64,000 nucleotides of DNA, taken from Candidatus Bathyarchaeia archaeon (GTDB lineage Archaea; Thermoproteota; Bathyarchaeia; Bathyarchaeales; Bathycorpusculaceae). The DNA lies in contig JAVZLS010000003.1 of NCBI GenBank assembly GCA_038883715.1, forward strand, positions 32,001 to 96,000. Direction: 5' to 3'. Position numbers and translations under genes: made by a program. Each line of letters opens with the position of its first letter. Positions within the stretch are counted from its first letter, which is position 1. A model generated the notes under the pieces. It worked only from the letters and a program-made list of their open reading frames with translations, was not told where the DNA came from and ran no database searches. This document shows positions 1 through 10,262 of this stretch, piece by piece.

Positions 1-2
1 AC

Positions 3-434
3 TTCATACTCCCGAAAAATAATCACTGGTTAAGGAGAATAATTCTCATATTCACCTTTATCCTCTTCGACTGCCTTTCAACGATGCTTTTCTGCCGTGC
101 ACCATCAGAAGAGGCGAATATTTATGCACAGGCTTTTATGGAAGTTTTCGGCATTCCAGCTGGACTAGCATTGTTTGTCTTGACAGCTAACCTTCCAATT
201 TACATGGTGCTAAGCCTAGACTCCCATATTGTCAAATTTCCAGCGAATATGGCTATGTTTATAGAGTTATTTACCGATCTTGTCTTCGCATGGTTCATAG
301 CAGGCTTACACTTCAGTGGAGGAACAAGCTGGTTTTGGCGCATCTCAGACATTGAACGCCAATTTATCGGCATGATGCTTTATCTCTGTGCAGCCCTCAT
401 TTTTGTAAAGCCGCATAAACCACAATATGATTAA
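3..434 (+). CDS. Membrane protein, DUF5658-like; 5' end probably outside the window
   Basis: The frame of ORF 84..434 has no stop back to position 3 (FILPKNNHWLRRIILIFTFILFDCLSTM...). Hydrophobic segments and a D-x-x-ST...EAN pattern. Confidence 0.45.
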   Translation, partial: FILPKNNHWLRRIILIFTFILFDCLSTMLFCRAPSEEANIYAQAFMEVFGIPAGLALFVLTANLPIYMVLSLDSHIVKFPANMAMFIELFTDLVFAWFIAGLHFSGGTSWFWRISDIERQFIGMMLYLCAALIFVKPHKPQYD

Positions 435-532
435 AAAGAGCCTAGTGCGTAACAGTTCGCCACATACTTAACTCTATTATCCGGCGCTTCTTTTGTAGTT
501 AACTGTACTATTTAAAATGCTGGGGCTGTTTC

Positions 533-1198
533 ATGGAAAAAAAGGACGTAAAAGCAAACGAGAACGATAAGTCCACAGAGGCTAAGCCTACAGAAAGCCA
601 AGAAGAGGTTGTAGAAGAAGCTTATTTTTTCCATCCCCTCCAATTTTCAGAAAGTGAAGAAGTTCTAAAGGCAGAAGAAATTGAAAAGCATAAGGTGGAA
701 CTGGAGCAGAAACTACAAGAGCTGTTGAAAAGCATAAGCGAGGAAACCCTTCAACTAAGCGAGTTTTTAATGGAAGAAGATAAACTAATTAGAGATCTCT
801 GCACGTCCATGAGGCAGATTCTGAAAAAATTAAATGTCTCATTCAACATTCCGCCGCGAGAAATACCAATAAAGGCTAGGGTGAAAAAGGTCATTTTAAA
901 CGAGGAATGTAATCTCATACTTGTCTACGAAAAGGGTGAAGTGCATTCTGCCTTTTTGGCTGAGTACCCGCCCGAAATTGTTATGGCCACTTTGATGGTA
1001 ATAATGCCTGAACTAGCCGAAGTTATAATGCTTTACAGAAAGAAAATAAGCACGCGTGTAAGCCTCTTCGCCAAGATAAAGAAGGAGCTTAAGAGCGTTG
1101 TAAAAGCTATAGTTGGAAGCAAGGAAGCGGAAACATCAGAAAAAGAATCGATGGATGTTGTCAAGGACTCGCTGCAAAACGAAAACCAAGAAAGCTGA
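533..1198 (+). CDS. Hypothetical helical/coiled-coil protein with charged low-complexity termini
   Basis: 221-aa ORF, heptad-like E/K/L pattern, 2-nt gap to next gene. Confidence 0.7.
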   Translation: MEKKDVKANENDKSTEAKPTESQEEVVEEAYFFHPLQFSESEEVLKAEEIEKHKVELEQKLQELLKSISEETLQLSEFLMEEDKLIRDLCTSMRQILKKLNVSFNIPPREIPIKARVKKVILNEECNLILVYEKGEVHSAFLAEYPPEIVMATLMVIMPELAEVIMLYRKKISTRVSLFAKIKKELKSVVKAIVGSKEAETSEKESMDVVKDSLQNENQES

Positions 1199-1200
1199 AG

Positions 1201-1734
1201 GTGGCAAAAATGGATGGTATAACAACTGAAATCAGAACCTTCTACTCAGCAAGAGAAATACGAGAGGCTGTTGAAGCTGAAATAAACCAGTATAAAACTT
1301 TGCTGGACGATTACAGCCAATGGCTCGGAACCCTCCTAAGAAGCCCGGAAACCTCCAAAAATCAAGAATGGACAAAAAAGGCGTCAGATTTACAGAAAAT
1401 CTTAAGGAGCGGTGGCAGAAAGGGCGAAAGAAAGGAGAAACCAGCCTTAGCAGAGTGGGTTAAGTTTAAGGATCTGATGCTCTGCGCCGATGACTTCGGA
1501 GAAGTGGAAATAATTTTTGAGGCAGTCGAAGAGCTTAAGAATAAACTTGACAAGCTTGAAAAGGTTAAGGCTTCCCTCATGGAACTTGAACGCTACGGTT
1601 TAGGGAAAAACATCGTTTATGTCACATTCATACACGATGGAATCCCAGAAAAAATAGCTGTAAAGCCAAAAAAGGAGTTAGAGGAAGAAAAGTTCAAGTT
1701 TATTGTCGATTTTTCAGTGATAAAACAGCTGTAA
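1201..1734 (+). CDS. Hypothetical coiled-coil protein
   Basis: 177-aa ORF, GTG start, apparently co-transcribed with 533..1198. Confidence 0.7.
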   Translation: MAKMDGITTEIRTFYSAREIREAVEAEINQYKTLLDDYSQWLGTLLRSPETSKNQEWTKKASDLQKILRSGGRKGERKEKPALAEWVKFKDLMLCADDFGEVEIIFEAVEELKNKLDKLEKVKASLMELERYGLGKNIVYVTFIHDGIPEKIAVKPKKELEEEKFKFIVDFSVIKQL

Positions 1735-1745
1735 AACAACGCCAA

Positions 1746-3437
1746 TTAACTTGCGCTATATTCTATGAACGCTTTAGTGAACTTCTTCATTAAATCGAAG
1801 GGACTTTCAACAACACAATGCGTTCTAATGTAACGTTTAACAGCGGTGCTGTTGACCCCTATACCTATTAAGCCGACGCCCATCCGCTCAACTTTTTTAA
1901 TGTTCTCCTTCAACTTTTCTTCCGCGTCATCATACCCTGTGGGGTAAAAGTCTGAAACCACAACTAAGACCCGTGCCTCTTCTAAGCGGCGCGTCAAAGC
2001 TTGAGCTGCTAGCAAGATGGCGTCTGACAAAAAGGTAAAACCACCATGGGTTAAGCCTCCAATTCTCGCTCTGACGCGAGCATCATACTTTTCTGTGAAG
2101 TCTTTTATTACGTAAAATTTGTTGTTGAAGGCGTACATTCCCCAAGAGTTCTGGTTTAGGATGAGCATCCTAGCGACTTCGGCTAAGCAGAGGGCTATGC
2201 CCCTAACCTCACCCTTAAACATGTTTAGGCTGTGGCTTGCATCGATAAGTATGGACCACGCATCCTCTCTTGTTTGAAGTTCCTCGCGAACAAAAATATC
2301 CGTCCGTTGACTTTTGCTTGCAATAACTTGTATAGCCTCTTGTAAATCGATGAACCCGCTTTCTTGCTTAAAGTCTTCACCGCTGATATTCTTTAGAAGC
2401 CTTAATTGATGGAGAACCCGCCTAATGGGACTGCTTAAAATTTCCCTTCGTCTTTGAAATTCAGCGTAATCCTCAACTGGAAAGGAGAAATCCTCAAATT
2501 CTGTATCCTTCCCACTTTCCTTGTAACCATTTAAAATTTTAATTTGTGCTTTTTCGCGTTCTAACCAGGCTGTTAAAGCGCGGTTTGCATCGTTACCATC
2601 TAAGGATTGAAGAGCCGAGTTTAGTTTTTGTTCGTCCATAAACTCTGGGTCAACTTTTTGCAACATTTCGATTAAGAGGTTCTGTATTTCGTCTTCTTTT
2701 GGCAATTTCTCCTTATAGAAGGGATCGTTTGTTCCGTGACTTTCAGTGTATAAAAGTGAGGGCACTTCAAAAGCTTGACCGAAAAGGGACAGGGCATCGT
2801 AAATTTTGTTCGCACAATCTATCTTGTCATTTACACTTGGATTTTCTTGAATATTCTGCAGAATGGATGTTATGGCTTCAACCTCTGTTAGGACTTCGTC
2901 TTTAAGCGCCCCTTTAACTTTCCCAAGATTATAGTTTAAGAGAGTTAAAGCCATCACCCGCGAAATGTCATTTGAAAGTTCTTCAGCGCTTTTCATTCGG
3001 AGGTAGGAGATAACGTTTGCATAGGTTATTTCTGGAAGCATCCACCTAAAAGACTGCTTCAAGTTTTTGTTGATTACCGCGTCTTCAACGAGGCTAACAG
3101 CGAAGGTGGATAGGCTTGGTTGTTTTCCCTTTGCCCAATGTGAGTAAATGGAAAAATCTGACAAGAGGGCGTGTAAGCTTAGATGATAAACAGATGCTTT
3201 AAACAAGTACCAAATAATCTTTCTATGAGTTGGATTTTGGAGGTCAAATTTTAACCCTTGGAAGACAACGTGGTTGTCATTCAGTCTTAAAGGTTTGATT
3301 AAATGAAGGACATATCCTCTTGCATCCTTCCCAAGATAAGGATATCTCAAATCATCGTGGAGAAGAACCTTAAGTTCGTTATAGGATTTCTTGGTGACTT
3401 GAAGAGCTGCTGACCAGGCAAAATCAAAAAAGTTCAA
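1746..3437 (-). CDS. VWA-domain protein (NorD/CbbO-like partner of MoxR ATPase)
   Basis: C-terminal MIDAS elements LIDASHS, GGFT, VVVSD; directly downstream of a MoxR ATPase. Confidence 0.85.
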   Translation of the reverse strand: MNFFDFAWSAALQVTKKSYNELKVLLHDDLRYPYLGKDARGYVLHLIKPLRLNDNHVVFQGLKFDLQNPTHRKIIWYLFKASVYHLSLHALLSDFSIYSHWAKGKQPSLSTFAVSLVEDAVINKNLKQSFRWMLPEITYANVISYLRMKSAEELSNDISRVMALTLLNYNLGKVKGALKDEVLTEVEAITSILQNIQENPSVNDKIDCANKIYDALSLFGQAFEVPSLLYTESHGTNDPFYKEKLPKEDEIQNLLIEMLQKVDPEFMDEQKLNSALQSLDGNDANRALTAWLEREKAQIKILNGYKESGKDTEFEDFSFPVEDYAEFQRRREILSSPIRRVLHQLRLLKNISGEDFKQESGFIDLQEAIQVIASKSQRTDIFVREELQTREDAWSILIDASHSLNMFKGEVRGIALCLAEVARMLILNQNSWGMYAFNNKFYVIKDFTEKYDARVRARIGGLTHGGFTFLSDAILLAAQALTRRLEEARVLVVVSDFYPTGYDDAEEKLKENIKKVERMGVGLIGIGVNSTAVKRYIRTHCVVESPFDLMKKFTKAFIEYSAS

Positions 3438-3450
3438 GGCATAACCCGCT

Positions 3451-4536
3451 CTAGGATGAGCCGAATATAGATTCGATCACTCGCTTTACTGCGGCCTGAA
3501 TTTCTACGTCATCGCTTGTTGTTCCCACAATTGTTTCAACCGCCGCCTCAATAGGTGGGCTTCCATCAACTATTAACGTTGCCCAGTTTATGAGGTCACC
3601 GGGGGAGGGCCCATATGGTAAGTCGCCATTTTTATACTGCCTCCGAAGTTCGGCGCCCACACGAACTATTTTTTCTGCAGTTTTTACGTCAATGCCTGTT
3701 CTCTTTACAATTAGTTCTACTTCTTCGGGGGCTATTTTGTCTCCGACACTTAGGTAGTCGAAGTTTATCCAGACCGACATTCGCCTTCTTAAAGCGGCGT
3801 TTAGTGGTTTTGTTCCAACGAACTCCGCTGAAAAGGGGTTCATTGAGATTATTAAATAGCCGTAAGGGTGCCTCTTCACAATTTCATTATCCTTCTCCGT
3901 TAAAACTATGTGGCCCCGGGTATCCAGAACCGGGTTAAGTCTTGAGGCTATGTCCTGTTTCATCATGTTTGCCTCGTCAAGGTACAGAATGCCTCCATTT
4001 CTGCACCACATTACAATTTGCCCATCAATCCAGTTCTCCTTCCCAAGGCCAATATACCGCCCAAACAGGTCATAGGCAGAAGTCTGCAAACCACAGTTTA
4101 TTTCCCAAATAGGCAGTCCACACAACTCCGCGATGAGGTAGACTATGTGAGTTTTTCCAGTTCCGCTGGGACCAACCAAAGCGCACTGCTTAAAATAATA
4201 CAACGCACGCACTATCCTTTCAACATAATTGAAGCCTCTATCTACATATTCCGGAGTATTTCGTGGTATAAGGGAACGCACCGACTCTGGAAAAGCATAA
4301 CCTGGATGAAGGTCATACTTATCTATACGATACTTCTTCCTTAACTCGGCGGTCGTGTAATCTTCAACCGTAGCTGTTTTCGTTATCGAAACTGATATCC
4401 TTGTATCCTTGATCTCGGCCTTCGTCTGCTCTTCAGTTACATATACGGCGTTGCCTTGCTTCTTTCTACCGCCTTGATGCCCGAAACCAACGAGTGCCAC
4501 TGGTTCCTCTTCTAATTTTTGCTTGTTTTGCGACAA
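3451..4536 (-). CDS. MoxR-family AAA+ ATPase (CbbQ/NirQ/NorQ/GvpN type)
   Basis: Walker A GPSGTGKT, Walker B LYLDEAN, ISMNP, LNAALRRR. Confidence 0.9.
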   Translation of the reverse strand: MSQNKQKLEEEPVALVGFGHQGGRKKQGNAVYVTEEQTKAEIKDTRISVSITKTATVEDYTTAELRKKYRIDKYDLHPGYAFPESVRSLIPRNTPEYVDRGFNYVERIVRALYYFKQCALVGPSGTGKTHIVYLIAELCGLPIWEINCGLQTSAYDLFGRYIGLGKENWIDGQIVMWCRNGGILYLDEANMMKQDIASRLNPVLDTRGHIVLTEKDNEIVKRHPYGYLIISMNPFSAEFVGTKPLNAALRRRMSVWINFDYLSVGDKIAPEEVELIVKRTGIDVKTAEKIVRVGAELRRQYKNGDLPYGPSPGDLINWATLIVDGSPPIEAAVETIVGTTSDDVEIQAAVKRVIESIFGSS

Positions 4537-4630
4537 TTCGTTCCCTCCGTTTTCAATTATTGGTGCGCTGGCTTTTCATTTAAATATTGCTTCTCACTAT
4601 TCAATACACTTAATTAATAGACCACGAAAC

Positions 4631-5305
4631 CTAAGTAATCACAAAACCATCTCGCATTTTATAAACCACATCTGAAGCTCTTGTTATTCTTTCATCATGC
4701 GTAGCAACAACAACTGTTATTTTGCGCTCTTTACATAACTTATAAAGTAGCTCGATAATTTCTTTTCCAGTTACGGAATCAAGTTCTCCTGTTGGTTCGT
4801 CAGCGATAACAACTTCGGGATTGTTGGCTAGAGCTCTGGCTATAGCAACTCGCTGCATTTCGCCCATACTTAACTTGCTTGGGAGATGATCTTTCCTATT
4901 TTCCATTCCGACAAGTTCAAGAAGATGACTTGCCCTTTCACGCTGTTCTTCGGAGGATTTCCCCGCAAGCATTAGGGGCAACTCAACATTTTCTAGGCTT
5001 GTCAATGTCGGCAGCAAATTAAAGTTCTGGAAAACAAAACCTATGCGAAGGAGCCTTATTTTTCTCCTTTCCTTATCGCTGATTTTCGTCATGTCTTTTC
5101 CGTTAAAGAATATTTGACCATAGGTTGGCTTATCATTTAACCCTAAAAGATTAAGGAATGTCGTTTTGCCTGATCCGGATGGTCCGACAATAGATACAAA
5201 GCTAGCCTCTTTTACTTCCAAGTTTACATTTCTTACAGCCACTACATCGATTGAGCCAGCATGGAAAATTTTTGTTAAATTAACAGTTTTGATGTGCAAT
5301 CTCAA
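4631..5305 (-). CDS. ABC transporter ATP-binding protein (LolD/MacB type)
   Basis: GPSGSGKT, LSMGEMQRVAIARAL, ADEPTGELD. Confidence 0.93.
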   Translation of the reverse strand: MRLHIKTVNLTKIFHAGSIDVVAVRNVNLEVKEASFVSIVGPSGSGKTTFLNLLGLNDKPTYGQIFFNGKDMTKISDKERRKIRLLRIGFVFQNFNLLPTLTSLENVELPLMLAGKSSEEQRERASHLLELVGMENRKDHLPSKLSMGEMQRVAIARALANNPEVVIADEPTGELDSVTGKEIIELLYKLCKERKITVVVATHDERITRASDVVYKMRDGFVIT

Positions 5306-6468
5306 TGCTCGCCCCTTAGAATTTCTATAGTAAGCTCTCTGTTTGCTATGAGTGAAGAGATAATTCCACCGAGGCAGCTGAAAGTTGTTGTCAATGTTAT
5401 AGTTTCTAAGGCTAATGAAAGGGGTAATAGGTCGATTACGTTTGGCATGAATAGCTGAACTGGAATACTGGTATATCTACTTACAATGAATAGCGCTGCG
5501 ATAATCCCCAGAACTAATCCCATGAGGCTGCCAAATAGTCCGATAGTCATAGTCTCAATTACAACCATACGCAAAGTGATGGATTTCGGCGCACCAATAG
5601 CGCCAAGAATGGCAAACTCCCTTTTCCTTTCAGATATGCTCATAAAAGTGATTGTTGCAACAAGGCACATTGTCAAAGTTAATAATGCGACAGTGACACC
5701 AAAGTTCCAATTCTTTAGTTCGTTAAGCAAAGGTCGAATAAAGTCGTTTCGCTCTTCTTCTGTTAGAGCCTTAACACCTGTTATTTCGTTTTCAATATCT
5801 CTTGATAGCACATCCCCGTTTATAGTCTCGTCGGGCTCTACCACTATCATGCTTACTAGTCCGTCAAATTTGTAAATTTTTTGGGCTGTCCTTAATGGCA
5901 TGATTACCGCTTGCGAAAGAATCGCTATTCTTATGTCAAGAACACCGACAACTTCCATTATGTGATTTTTAATGTCCACTTTCGAGCCTACGCTTAAACC
6001 ATATTGGTCAGCAAGCGACAACCCAACAACAATTTCTTCAGCGGTGTCGTTTTGAGGCCACCTTCCAGCTTTTAAAGGGATATTTCCAACTAGAACATGC
6101 CAGCTATCGGAAGGCATTCCAATCGTCACATTTGATGGTAAAAGTGCGTCCTCGCTTTCTCTGAAGTTTAATTGGAAAAACAATGGTGTGATGTTTTTAA
6201 CTCCTTGAATTTGGCTAATTTCCTCTAAAATATTCTCGGGTATCGCACCTCCTATAGGGAAGGCTTGAATCACAAATACTCCTCTTGCAACTACAAGAAT
6301 TTTCCCTTTGAAAAGTGAACTCATCTCTTCAACAAGGTTTGTGCACCTTGTTATTGTAGTGCCAATGCCTATTAACATCATTGTGGATAATGCTACCCCT
6401 AAAATGCATAACATTGTGCGAAGTTTTCGACGTCGAAGATTTCGAAAACTCATTGTGAGTAGGTGCAA
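5302..6468 (-). CDS. ABC transporter permease (MacB/FtsX type)
   Basis: RNLRRRKLRT start, large extracytoplasmic domain, ERKREFAILGAIGA, C-terminal TM helices; overlaps the ATPase gene. Confidence 0.9.
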   Translation of the reverse strand: MHLLTMSFRNLRRRKLRTMLCILGVALSTMMLIGIGTTITRCTNLVEEMSSLFKGKILVVARGVFVIQAFPIGGAIPENILEEISQIQGVKNITPLFFQLNFRESEDALLPSNVTIGMPSDSWHVLVGNIPLKAGRWPQNDTAEEIVVGLSLADQYGLSVGSKVDIKNHIMEVVGVLDIRIAILSQAVIMPLRTAQKIYKFDGLVSMIVVEPDETINGDVLSRDIENEITGVKALTEEERNDFIRPLLNELKNWNFGVTVALLTLTMCLVATITFMSISERKREFAILGAIGAPKSITLRMVVIETMTIGLFGSLMGLVLGIIAALFIVSRYTSIPVQLFMPNVIDLLPLSLALETITLTTTFSCLGGIISSLIANRELTIEILRGEH

Positions 6469-6527
6469 GGTTACTCCTCTTTACACAGAATCTATTAAAC
6501 ACTTTTATATACATCTCTTCTAACTAA

Positions 6528-8762
6528 ATGTCTAATGATAAGGTGGAAGTTATGATAAAGAAAATGCTCACAGTATTAATGTGTTTGCTAATTCTTTCAA
6601 TAACGCTAAGGTTTGCAAGCAGTTTTGATAGAGCAGTTGCGCAGTATTATCAATCAACAATTAATGGAAAGATAACAGTTTATCCAAGTGGAAAAGTTGC
6701 CCTAGCAGGCAATATGAGCCAAGTGCTGACAGGAATAAACCCAACTATTCACAGTGCTGTGCGGCTCTCCCAAAGCGGTGGAAAAGTCAAGGTTGAAGGG
6801 GAAACGTCGATGACAATACCATACGAAATGGAAAGCCAATTTCCATTTGAAACCATCGATATAAATTCTAATGCGCAATTTTCAAATGACCTATATAATT
6901 CATCCGCAACAATATCCTTTAGAGTTAAATCACAAATAGACTCGCAACTGAACGTTTCAGATTTTTCGGCTAATGGAAGATTCGACAACGGCAATTTTGT
7001 CGGATCCATCGCAGTTCATTTGATACCAGGCTCCTCGTTGGGACAAGTTGAAATGGATTTTTATGGAAACCAATCGTATATACACATTTCTGGCAACACT
7101 ACCGTGTATTACACCGGCGGCATCACACCCGACATGGTAAATGATGTTATCACATATTTGGAAGCAAACGTGACTGGGAGAGGCCCGTACTCGCTTTATA
7201 ATATGACGCTGGGAGCTTTTGAGTGCATAACTCTCGATATAACCAATTCGTCTTTACCAAATGGAGTTTTCGTTAGCTTTGAAGCGGCAATTGTCTCGTT
7301 GCAAGGAACCTTTTTTGATTCTACACTTTACTTGTTAACAGCATTTCTTACCAATGAGGTACCTTCTCCATACATGTATAGCACTGTCATCGTACCTCTA
7401 ATAGCGTGTGTGACTATTTTACCGCTGTCTATGATCTGCGAAACATCGACAAATGGGTCTTTCCAAGCAGTTTATGCTCATTCAACAAGACAATTTTCAA
7501 TGAGCACAAATATTGCTGCAAACTATGATGCAGTCATAGAAAGAATTATTGGGATTATTTCAGAGCTGAGCACTATTCCAAGCTTTCCACCAGAATTAGT
7601 TCTCTTGTTACCTCGCCTAGAAAACATTCTACGACAGGAATATTGCCATATCGAGTCTAGCACGGCTACATTCCATTACGCAAACAGCATCCTCAATTAT
7701 CAAGGAGTTGAATACATAGCCGGAGATTTAAACGCGGCTGTAAACCATGCAAAAGCAGAGTTGTTTGAATGGTTAAAAATCATATTCTTGCCAAACTGGA
7801 ACTGGCAACTTGACTATTTAAATCAGACAACAATAGACATTACATCCTTCAAATACGGATACGATATTGCAGGGAACCAGTTAATTATGCATTTTGAAAA
7901 CTTTGTCCTCCGGCCACCAGTGGACATTCAAACAGCAACGAGTTTCCAGTTAAAGAGATTCTTCAATCTTACCTACGGCATGCCTCCACCTCCGATTCAG
8001 TTTACTTTGACAATTGAGGGAGGAAGTAACGTAACTCATTATGTAACAATAACAAGGCCGACCAGCGTTCCCCCTCCCAGCAGCAGTTCACCTGATGGAA
8101 AATCAATGACGTGGAGCAATCCAATTATAAGCAGCCTTCAAGACTTGACTTTTAACGTAAACCACGACCCGACTGCTATAGGATTCTCGATTACTAATCC
8201 TGCAAGTCTAAGTGAAACTAATCCCTTCGTCTGCGATGCAACCGAACTGGTTTCTGTGGTAATATTTGTTAAGCAAGCATCTTGTTCGATGTCTATAGTT
8301 GTAAGAAACTTGACAGGCCCGCCCTCTGGCGGCGATGCCCCTCCCAGCGGCTTCAAATTTTTAGGAAAGTATGTTGAAATTGTATGCGAACCAAGCGATG
8401 TGTCTGTGCAAGCAATAATAAGATTTTGCTATACGGATGAGCAGCTCAAAGCTGCAAACATTGACGAAGCATCATTAAAAGTTTTTTACTGGAATACAGC
8501 CTCTAATCAATGGGAGGAATATCCATCAACAATTAATATGGCAGAAAATTATGTTGAAATTAACGTTACACACTTTAGCGTATGGGCTTTAATGGGACAA
8601 CCGCCAACTCCAATCTGGAGTCAACCTTGGTTCATCGCCACAATAGCAGCGATAATAATAACAGTAGCGGCTGTTGCCATTTTTGCTGCAAAACGTAGAA
8701 AACCAAAAGTTCTGGAAGCACCACCATTCACGCCGTCAACGTCCTCAACGGAAAACCAATAA
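6528..8762 (+). CDS. Large membrane-anchored cell-surface glycoprotein, function unknown
   Basis: Signal peptide, many N-x-S/T sequons, C-terminal TM followed by KRRK, THFS motif just before the anchor. Confidence 0.75.
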   Translation: MSNDKVEVMIKKMLTVLMCLLILSITLRFASSFDRAVAQYYQSTINGKITVYPSGKVALAGNMSQVLTGINPTIHSAVRLSQSGGKVKVEGETSMTIPYEMESQFPFETIDINSNAQFSNDLYNSSATISFRVKSQIDSQLNVSDFSANGRFDNGNFVGSIAVHLIPGSSLGQVEMDFYGNQSYIHISGNTTVYYTGGITPDMVNDVITYLEANVTGRGPYSLYNMTLGAFECITLDITNSSLPNGVFVSFEAAIVSLQGTFFDSTLYLLTAFLTNEVPSPYMYSTVIVPLIACVTILPLSMICETSTNGSFQAVYAHSTRQFSMSTNIAANYDAVIERIIGIISELSTIPSFPPELVLLLPRLENILRQEYCHIESSTATFHYANSILNYQGVEYIAGDLNAAVNHAKAELFEWLKIIFLPNWNWQLDYLNQTTIDITSFKYGYDIAGNQLIMHFENFVLRPPVDIQTATSFQLKRFFNLTYGMPPPPIQFTLTIEGGSNVTHYVTITRPTSVPPPSSSSPDGKSMTWSNPIISSLQDLTFNVNHDPTAIGFSITNPASLSETNPFVCDATELVSVVIFVKQASCSMSIVVRNLTGPPSGGDAPPSGFKFLGKYVEIVCEPSDVSVQAIIRFCYTDEQLKAANIDEASLKVFYWNTASNQWEEYPSTINMAENYVEINVTHFSVWALMGQPPTPIWSQPWFIATIAAIIITVAAVAIFAAKRRKPKVLEAPPFTPSTSSTENQ

Positions 8763-8810
8763 CCCGCTTTATTTAAAACATCCCTCTTTTAAATTTTAGA
8801 GACATTTAAT

Positions 8811-9129
8811 GGACTGGCGTGTTGGCTGTAACCCGCCTTCTGTTTTAAGTGGCATTCGGCTAATCGGGCTACCTGCGCTTCGGGTAGAGGCTTCATCAGC
8901 GCTTGTTTGCCCTTTCCACGTGCAGGACGGCCGTTTCACCGTTTCCACCCAGCATTCTCGACAACTTAGCATGCCTCATTGGCATCTGGTTGGGTGGACG
9001 TTTCGTTTCTGCTCCGTTGCCAAGGCTCTCGCCTTACGCCCTTGCGGGCGTTGCACTTCTACTTGTGGGCGGAGTTTCCTCAAGCCTCATGATGTCCGGC
9101 TCGAAAGCCACACGCCAACTCGCCAGCCC
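8811..9129 (-). ncRNA. rnpB: RNase P RNA
   Basis: Minus strand has GAGGAAACTCCGCCC (CR-I) and AACAGAAGGCGGGTTA (CR-V); ends pair (gggctggcg / cgccagtcc). Confidence 0.95.
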
Positions 9130-9210
9130 TAATATTTCATACATCATGCTGTGCAATAAAAGTTTTGGAAAACTTATTTCATTGTAAAACATTTATGCTG
9201 GTGATGACGG

Positions 9211-9810
9211 GTGTCTGCTTTGAATAAGCTTGTTATCTTAATCACTGGGACCCCTTGTGTTGGGAAAACTTCCGTGGCACGTTTGCTTGCCGTGAGGCTT
9301 AATGCTGTTTATGTGAACTTAACGGAATTTGCCACGAAAAATAACCTTGTTATAGGTGCGGATGAAAGGAGGGGCGGTTCTCTAATAGTTGATGAAAGAC
9401 GCTTAAAAAAGGCTGTAACTAGGCTGGTAGAAGAGGTGGGCGAACAAAGCGTTGTCATAGATGGGCATTACGCTGCAGATGTAATTCCGAAAAAGCTTGT
9501 AACACATGCTTTTGTTTTGCGACGTGACCCAGTTGAGCTGCGGAGTTTTATGGAAAAAGCTGGGTTTTCCGGAAATAAGTTATGGGAAAATTTGGCTTCT
9601 GAAATTCTGGATGTCTGCTTGGTCGACGCATTAAACGCGTATGGAAAAGAAAGGGTCTGCGAAATCAATGCTACCGGGAAAAGCGTTGAAGATACCGTTG
9701 AGGATATTCTGTCAATTTTAAATGGTTCCAAAAAGTGCCGTGTAGGCGTGGTTGATTGGCTTGGCAAGCTGGAAAGCGAAGGGTTACTAAACGAATATTT
9801 GAGGATTTAA
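9211..9810 (+). CDS. Atypical adenylate kinase (AK6/Fap7 family)
   Basis: ITGTPCVGKT, IDGH, ENLASEILD, VDWL. Confidence 0.88.
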   Translation: MSALNKLVILITGTPCVGKTSVARLLAVRLNAVYVNLTEFATKNNLVIGADERRGGSLIVDERRLKKAVTRLVEEVGEQSVVIDGHYAADVIPKKLVTHAFVLRRDPVELRSFMEKAGFSGNKLWENLASEILDVCLVDALNAYGKERVCEINATGKSVEDTVEDILSILNGSKKCRVGVVDWLGKLESEGLLNEYLRI

Positions 9811-9831
9811 GGAAAGCTTATTGCTTTGTCT

Positions 9832-10197
9832 TTATGCTTTTAGGCTCTGTAAAATCTGCCTTGTTGTTAAAATCATTATTTTTCTTCTATTTGCGTAAGC
9901 TTTCGCGTGATCGCTGAATTTTTCTCCGACTATGACGGGGTTGGACAGCCCCACCTCTTCTGAGGCTTTGTCAAGGTTTATTATGACGTTTATGCCTATC
10001 GTTCTTTTCCAGTCTTTTATCCAAACGCCTTGTATTAGGCGCCCCTTCTGAATTATTAGGTCAAAGTTTCGGGGTATCCCCCTGTAACCTTCAAGGCTGA
10101 CGTTCTCCTCCACCTTATAGCCTTTCTTTCTGAAGTATTGCATTACTGATTGTTTTAAGTCGGATGATTTTTCCGGCTTTGTCTCTTCACTGCCCAT
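9832..10197 (-). CDS. Stand-alone Mrr-like PD-(D/E)xK fold protein
   Basis: FRKKGYKVEENVSLEG...FDLII...WIKDW...FSDHAKAYA pattern of Mrr_cat-type domains. Confidence 0.6.
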   Translation of the reverse strand: MGSEETKPEKSSDLKQSVMQYFRKKGYKVEENVSLEGYRGIPRNFDLIIQKGRLIQGVWIKDWKRTIGINVIINLDKASEEVGLSNPVIVGEKFSDHAKAYANRRKIMILTTRQILQSLKA

Positions 10198-10262
10198 CGG
10201 AATCCTCTTGCATTAAGCGTTATTTACCAGTTTAGTGAAAAGGTTTTCGGAGCGAGCAAGCA

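Noticed and set aside
3451-4536. Gas vesicle (gvpN), Rubisco activase (cbbQ) or norQ assignment
   Set aside because: No gvpA, Rubisco or nor genes in the window; only the family-level call is supported.
8809-9187. ORFs 8809..9132 and 8903..9187
   Set aside because: They lie antisense to the RNase P RNA and have no protein-like motifs.
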